This document shows, one piece after another, positions 39,676 to 43,452 of a DNA stretch of 43,452 nt (the first letter of the stretch is position 1; the number at the start of each line of letters is the position of its first letter). Location of the stretch: the IMG/VR virus record IMGVR_UViG_3300042348_001111, positions 1 to 43,452 of that record. One strand, given 5' to 3'. Position numbers and translations under genes: made by a program. Below the pieces are notes generated by a model. It ran no database searches, had not been told where the DNA came from, and saw only the letters and a program-made list of their open reading frames with translations. The DNA is from a virus. Its lineage: Duplodnaviria; Heunggongvirae; Uroviricota; Caudoviricetes.

Positions 39676-40692
39676 TTAAGCGTTCCAGAGTTTTTCAACA
39701 TTTTTGGTAATGTCGGTGAGGATTTCCTCATTGAGTGGATTCTTCAAGTATTCAACTACATCAGAAGCATTTTTACCCAGCATTGAACCACTCCTCATGT
39801 GATAGATAAAACCATCACCACGTGTAGCAATTACTTTATAAAAGTTTGCATCTTTGACCATAGACCGCAATTTCAACGTCTCCATGTCCAAAGAAACAAC
39901 TTCTAAGAAACGCTGTGCTGTTTTGCGCTTATCCTTGTCAACTGTTTCTCCGTTGATGTATTTGTCCATGTTGTCATACAAAATGTCAAGTGGCGTAGAT
40001 TTTTTATACTGTGTAGAGTTAGGATCCACAACCTTGCACACGTAAAACAACTTATTAGAGTTTTTGTCAAACAGTTTTTGCAATTCTGCCAAAGCTTTGT
40101 TGCGCATCTTTTTGACCTCAGTGCGGATAGAAGCAGTCTCTTCGTAGCGATCAAGATAAAACTTAAAAGGAATTGCTGAAGAACGTGCCTCTTCCAGACT
40201 TTTAGCGACAACAGAAAAACCTCCTGCTTCAATAGCTTTAAGTTTAATCAAGTCATAAGGATCTGAAGAAGCGTCAAGAAAAATTGGTTCATTACCAAAA
40301 CGCATCACAATTTTTCCCCAAAACTCATCGTTGTCCGGACGCAGCAACCTTACTTTATTCCAGAAATCTTTGTCATCTGGATCAATAATGTTTGCTGCTA
40401 GTTCTTTTTCAAGCTGCGATACTGTCATACGAATCTGCTTTACAACAGCCTCGCGATCATCATCGTTTAACTGCTTTATTTCAGGAGCAAACTCGTTTAG
40501 TCCTGTGACATAGCGTTTGATGCCATTGTACTCCAAACATGCTAATTGTTCCTCGTGGAACACTCCTTCAAAAAGTACCATTTGATACTTTTCAAGGCCC
40601 ATGTTGGCGTTTGTATTGTCAACAAACGGTCTAACAGCAATTGTACTGTTGGTTTTAAAAGCTTGATGCTTTTCAATCATTGATACTTCCAT
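39676..40692 (-). CDS. Conserved crAss-like head-module protein downstream of the MCP (338 aa)
   Basis: Long clean ORF (YVTGLNEFAPEI..LDASSDPYDLIK) in the position of the conserved post-MCP gene. Confidence 0.65.
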   Translation of the reverse strand: MEVSMIEKHQAFKTNSTIAVRPFVDNTNANMGLEKYQMVLFEGVFHEEQLACLEYNGIKRYVTGLNEFAPEIKQLNDDDREAVVKQIRMTVSQLEKELAANIIDPDDKDFWNKVRLLRPDNDEFWGKIVMRFGNEPIFLDASSDPYDLIKLKAIEAGGFSVVAKSLEEARSSAIPFKFYLDRYEETASIRTEVKKMRNKALAELQKLFDKNSNKLFYVCKVVDPNSTQYKKSTPLDILYDNMDKYINGETVDKDKRKTAQRFLEVVSLDMETLKLRSMVKDANFYKVIATRGDGFIYHMRSGSMLGKNASDVVEYLKNPLNEEILTDITKNVEKLWNA

Positions 40693-40745
40693 AGGTTTTT
40701 AAAGGTTGGTTTTTGGTTTTTGTTTTGCTGGCAATTAGTAAAAAG

Positions 40746-40900
40746 CTCCTGAACCACGTCAAGGTTGTCAGCTCTCAGGAGAACACCTGGCTTTTACACC
40801 AGGTGGATCTGCAGGTACTACCTACAGAGAGGCACAAGGGAGGTGGAATGTGCATTTGTCTAGTGCAGGGACCAGGGAGAATCTCACTCCCTGGTTTGCA
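40746..40900 (-). other. Cluster of stem-loops in the 227-nt MCP 3' intergenic region
   Basis: Inverted repeats at 40871-40895 (9 bp), 40809-40827 (3+4 bp), 40784-40805 (7 bp) and 40746-40781 (6+4 bp with a 9-nt bulge). Confidence 0.6.
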
Positions 40901-40919
40901 CAGCGCCTTCAGCAGTTGT

Positions 40920-42563
40920 TTAGAACGAACCGCCAGTGATGGGGTTCCTCATCACAATCTTAAGAACCTTGGTAGGGTCTTTCACCCAGATGGAAGGCAT
41001 AGTCTGGGTCATGAATACGCGGTATCCATTAAAGTTTCCAGAAGAAGCGAACCCTTGAGTACGACCCATGTAGTCCATGGTACCGTTTTGATAGAACCAT
41101 TTGAGTTCACTATCCCACTTCAACTTCAACAAGAAGATGTTGTCGTTAGTGTTGTCAGTGATGTCAAATACAATAAAGTTGTAAGAAGACAATGGAAAAC
41201 CATCAATGATAGGGTTTTCAATGTCATTGGTGTGTACGTTGTCAAACGCTGGGTTCAACACAAACTTCACATTGGCCAAGAAAGGAATGGTGTAGCTAGT
41301 GAAAGCAAAACCAAAGTTCAAGTCCATCGCGTTGCTTCCGCTGATAGCGTTCAAACCAGACTTATCAATGTTGGCTACCAGACCGGTACCTACAGTGTTG
41401 AAAGCTTCTTTCTTGATAGCTTCATTGACCATCTTCATACCAGCCATACCAGTTTGAACAATGATCTGACGCTGAGGATCTGGACCTTTGAACTCAACCT
41501 TACCATTGTAGAAGTTGAAGATTTCAGAACGGAACAGCTCTAGGTTGAAAGAACTCTTGTTGTAAATACGCTTGAAAGAGTTGTCAAGCTGTGACCAAAG
41601 ACCTACAGACAGGCGGATATCATCTGGACCATCCTGCTTGATACGTCCACCTTGTCCCCACATGAGGTAGGTTTCAATGTCATTAGCAATTTTGGTCAAG
41701 TGAGCAGCTTCCATCTTGGTGACAAAAGAACGAGTCAAAGTTCCAGAGTCATAAGCCTTCTTGATGTATTCTTTACCCATCTTAGACACCATTGCGTCAA
41801 TGTTGTTCAAAGAAGGATCTTTAGCAATGTTGGAATCAAAAGAACGCCAGATTTCAGTAACAGGTACTGTACCATCAGCATTCATACCGCCTTTCATCAT
41901 CAACTCAGCACGGCTAGAAACAGAGTAATGAACGTGAGCTTCTGCGCCACCTACAAAGTTGTAGAACTCGCGGAAGCCAGCACTCAGTTCTCCGATGTCA
42001 GAGAAACGCTCTCCGTATTCTCCACGGGCAGAACCCTTGCGGAAGAACTTGGTACCAGGCTTAAGGTAGACTTTGCTCAAAGTCTTTTGGTTGTCGTTGT
42101 TCACCAACTGAACAGTGTATACGAAACCGTCACCAGAAGGAAGAATATCCTCAGCGGTAATGTAAAGTTCAGCGCCTTTGTATTTGTCGTAGGTGATGAT
42201 GTCACCATGACCGAAGCTGCGCTTGTTCAATTTGATCTTGAAGGTTGTACCATCTTGACCAAGATTTGTCAAACTAGGCTCCACATCCTCTACAACGTAG
42301 GGAAGGTCCTGAACAATTGGGGTTTGCCACTTGTATTCACCGCGAGGGTTGTCTACAGTGATGGTGTTCTTGCCACCGAAAGATGCCATCTGGTAAAGAG
42401 GCATTTCTACCTTTTGGGTCATAGCCCAAAGATCAACAGGACCCAAGTCCATGGGTTCTGCGCTCTTCAGCATATTTACCAAGTGGTAGCTGTCCACGTG
42501 CGAACTAACCTTGTAGCTAGTGTCGCGCAGGAAGAGACCGTTGTTTAAAACTGGTGTGCTCAT
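40920..42563 (-). CDS. Major capsid protein (crAss-like, HK97 fold), 547 aa
   Basis: Strong codon bias. Contains IANDIETYLMWGQGG, LRLSVG-like DDIRLSVGLWSQLD and a C-terminal MPSIWVKDPTKVLKI, matching my recollection of crAss-like MCPs; position in the head module agrees. Confidence 0.88.
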   Translation of the reverse strand: MSTPVLNNGLFLRDTSYKVSSHVDSYHLVNMLKSAEPMDLGPVDLWAMTQKVEMPLYQMASFGGKNTITVDNPRGEYKWQTPIVQDLPYVVEDVEPSLTNLGQDGTTFKIKLNKRSFGHGDIITYDKYKGAELYITAEDILPSGDGFVYTVQLVNNDNQKTLSKVYLKPGTKFFRKGSARGEYGERFSDIGELSAGFREFYNFVGGAEAHVHYSVSSRAELMMKGGMNADGTVPVTEIWRSFDSNIAKDPSLNNIDAMVSKMGKEYIKKAYDSGTLTRSFVTKMEAAHLTKIANDIETYLMWGQGGRIKQDGPDDIRLSVGLWSQLDNSFKRIYNKSSFNLELFRSEIFNFYNGKVEFKGPDPQRQIIVQTGMAGMKMVNEAIKKEAFNTVGTGLVANIDKSGLNAISGSNAMDLNFGFAFTSYTIPFLANVKFVLNPAFDNVHTNDIENPIIDGFPLSSYNFIVFDITDNTNDNIFLLKLKWDSELKWFYQNGTMDYMGRTQGFASSGNFNGYRVFMTQTMPSIWVKDPTKVLKIVMRNPITGGSF

Positions 42564-42610
42564 AGGATTTTGTTGTTAAAAAGTGAATTTAAAGGGTTAA
42601 GTTATATGGA

Positions 42611-43452
42611 TTAGCGTTTGAAAATGTTTGCAGCAGGTCGCGGAATTTTCCTTGTAGGAGTTTTGTCTTCTTCCTCTTCGCTGACATTAGACGCAATTTT
42701 GCGTCCTTCTTCAGTTTTTAGTTTTCTGACAGTTTCCTGTGTTACCTCGTTTTTAGCTTGCTTTCTGATACTTTCTTTGTAATCATCAGGATCAGATAGC
42801 AACCACAGAGTTTCAGCAATAAGATCATAGCGGGGGGTTTTTCCAAATTGGTGGTCTTCCAAAAGCTTGCCCAACAAGTTTGTTGGACGTCCTGTCATAC
42901 TCTGGTACTTTGCTGTTGTAAGTTCCTCCCAGAGAAACTTCTGACGCTTAGCGTCCAGCTTAATACCGTTGACTTCAGCAGGTTTTAAGGTGTTGTAAAT
43001 GTTTTCCATGTACTCTTCCTTCTTGCGCTGCTGCTCCTGACGGAACTGCTCTTGTTGCTGAAGTTTGGATTGAATCACTTCTTCTTGCATAGCATCAAGC
43101 TTTGGCTTAAACTGCTGTGCTTTTTTAGCAATGATTCCTGAATCCAACCACTCTTGGACTTGTTCTTCCATCAATTCTGCGTCACCATTTCCAAAACCGG
43201 TTGCTTGTAAATACTGTCTTACAATAACCTCCTGGTGTTCAGGTGTCGCAGGGTTAAGTTCACGCACTTCCTCAGTCTGAGCAAGTGCCCTAAATAACCC
43301 CTTGATGTCAGTGCCGCCCTTTGCTACATATTCTGCAGCATACTGCAACTCTTGAGGTAACGATTCAAAGAACTCCTTTGGAGTTTGTTCTCTGAGAGAT
43401 TTCTCCCTTTCTTCCAGATTAGCAGAGATTAGCTCCTTCCAATCTTTTACAG
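42611..43452 (-). CDS. Putative scaffolding / head-assembly protein, 5' truncated
   Basis: The frame stays open beyond the track's TTG start at 43348 to the window edge (VKDWKELISANLEEREKSLREQTPKEFFESLPQELQYAAEY). Helical, charged protein immediately upstream of the MCP. Confidence 0.6.
   Translation of the reverse strand, partial: VKDWKELISANLEEREKSLREQTPKEFFESLPQELQYAAEYVAKGGTDIKGLFRALAQTEEVRELNPATPEHQEVIVRQYLQATGFGNGDAELMEEQVQEWLDSGIIAKKAQQFKPKLDAMQEEVIQSKLQQQEQFRQEQQRKKEEYMENIYNTLKPAEVNGIKLDAKRQKFLWEELTTAKYQSMTGRPTNLLGKLLEDHQFGKTPRYDLIAETLWLLSDPDDYKESIRKQAKNEVTQETVRKLKTEEGRKIASNVSEEEEDKTPTRKIPRPAANIFKR

Noticed and set aside
16-40513. Many 60-185 aa ORFs on the plus strand or in alternative minus frames
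   Set aside because: All lie within longer, motif-bearing minus-strand genes and have no protein-like features.
40713-42548. Long plus-strand ORFs (276 aa and 298 aa) antisense to the MCP
   Set aside because: Shadow ORFs expected from the MCP's strong codon bias; no recognisable motifs and opposite to the uniform gene orientation.
43346-43348. Track start of the 245-aa ORF
   Set aside because: It is an internal TTG; the frame is open to the window edge, so the true start lies outside the window.
1-43452. Stop-codon reassignment, known in some Crassvirales
   Set aside because: All genes are open under the standard code. Of 24 stops, 21 are TAA, 3 TGA and 0 TAG, but the absence of TAG in so small an AT-rich sample is not significant.
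1-43452. Introns, inteins, homing endonucleases, tRNAs, CRISPR arrays, diversity-generating retroelement repeats
   Set aside because: No LAGLIDADG/HNH or intein terminal motifs, cloverleafs, spaced direct repeats or template/variable repeat pairs were seen by eye; a dedicated scan was not possible.

Overview
Late-gene (virion) region of a crAss-like bacteriophage (order Crassvirales or a close relative), probably infecting a Bacteroidota host. The assignment is from recognised motifs and gene order, not a database search. All real genes are on the minus strand and read under the standard code. In transcription order (right to left): truncated scaffold-like gene, major capsid protein, conserved head gene, ring/connector protein, ferritin/Dps-like protein, auxiliary capsid-like protein, hub-like protein, a Cys-rich fibre/FN3 cluster, metallophosphoesterase, HU/IHF-like protein, two ring proteins, a small HExxH protein, the muzzle/tail-stabilisation protein, five large putative cargo proteins, and a giant virion RNA polymerase (>2980 aa, DFDVD motif, fused zincin) that runs off the left edge and is missing from the ORF track. 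Two main observations: (1) three small adjacent genes (33340-34430) appear to encode FN3 domains split between proteins, each upstream protein ending in a Cys plus beta-strand A that the next protein's domain lacks, suggesting a donor-strand, possibly disulfide-locked, pilus-like fibre; (2) three consecutive cargo proteins (15993-24361) are strings of small modules punctuated by about 21 x-x-x-G-G motifs, suggesting polyprotein processing or a repeated packaging signal, with a LysM + L,D-transpeptidase + lysozyme-like enzyme among the modules. No tRNA, rRNA, CRISPR array, intron or intein was seen.
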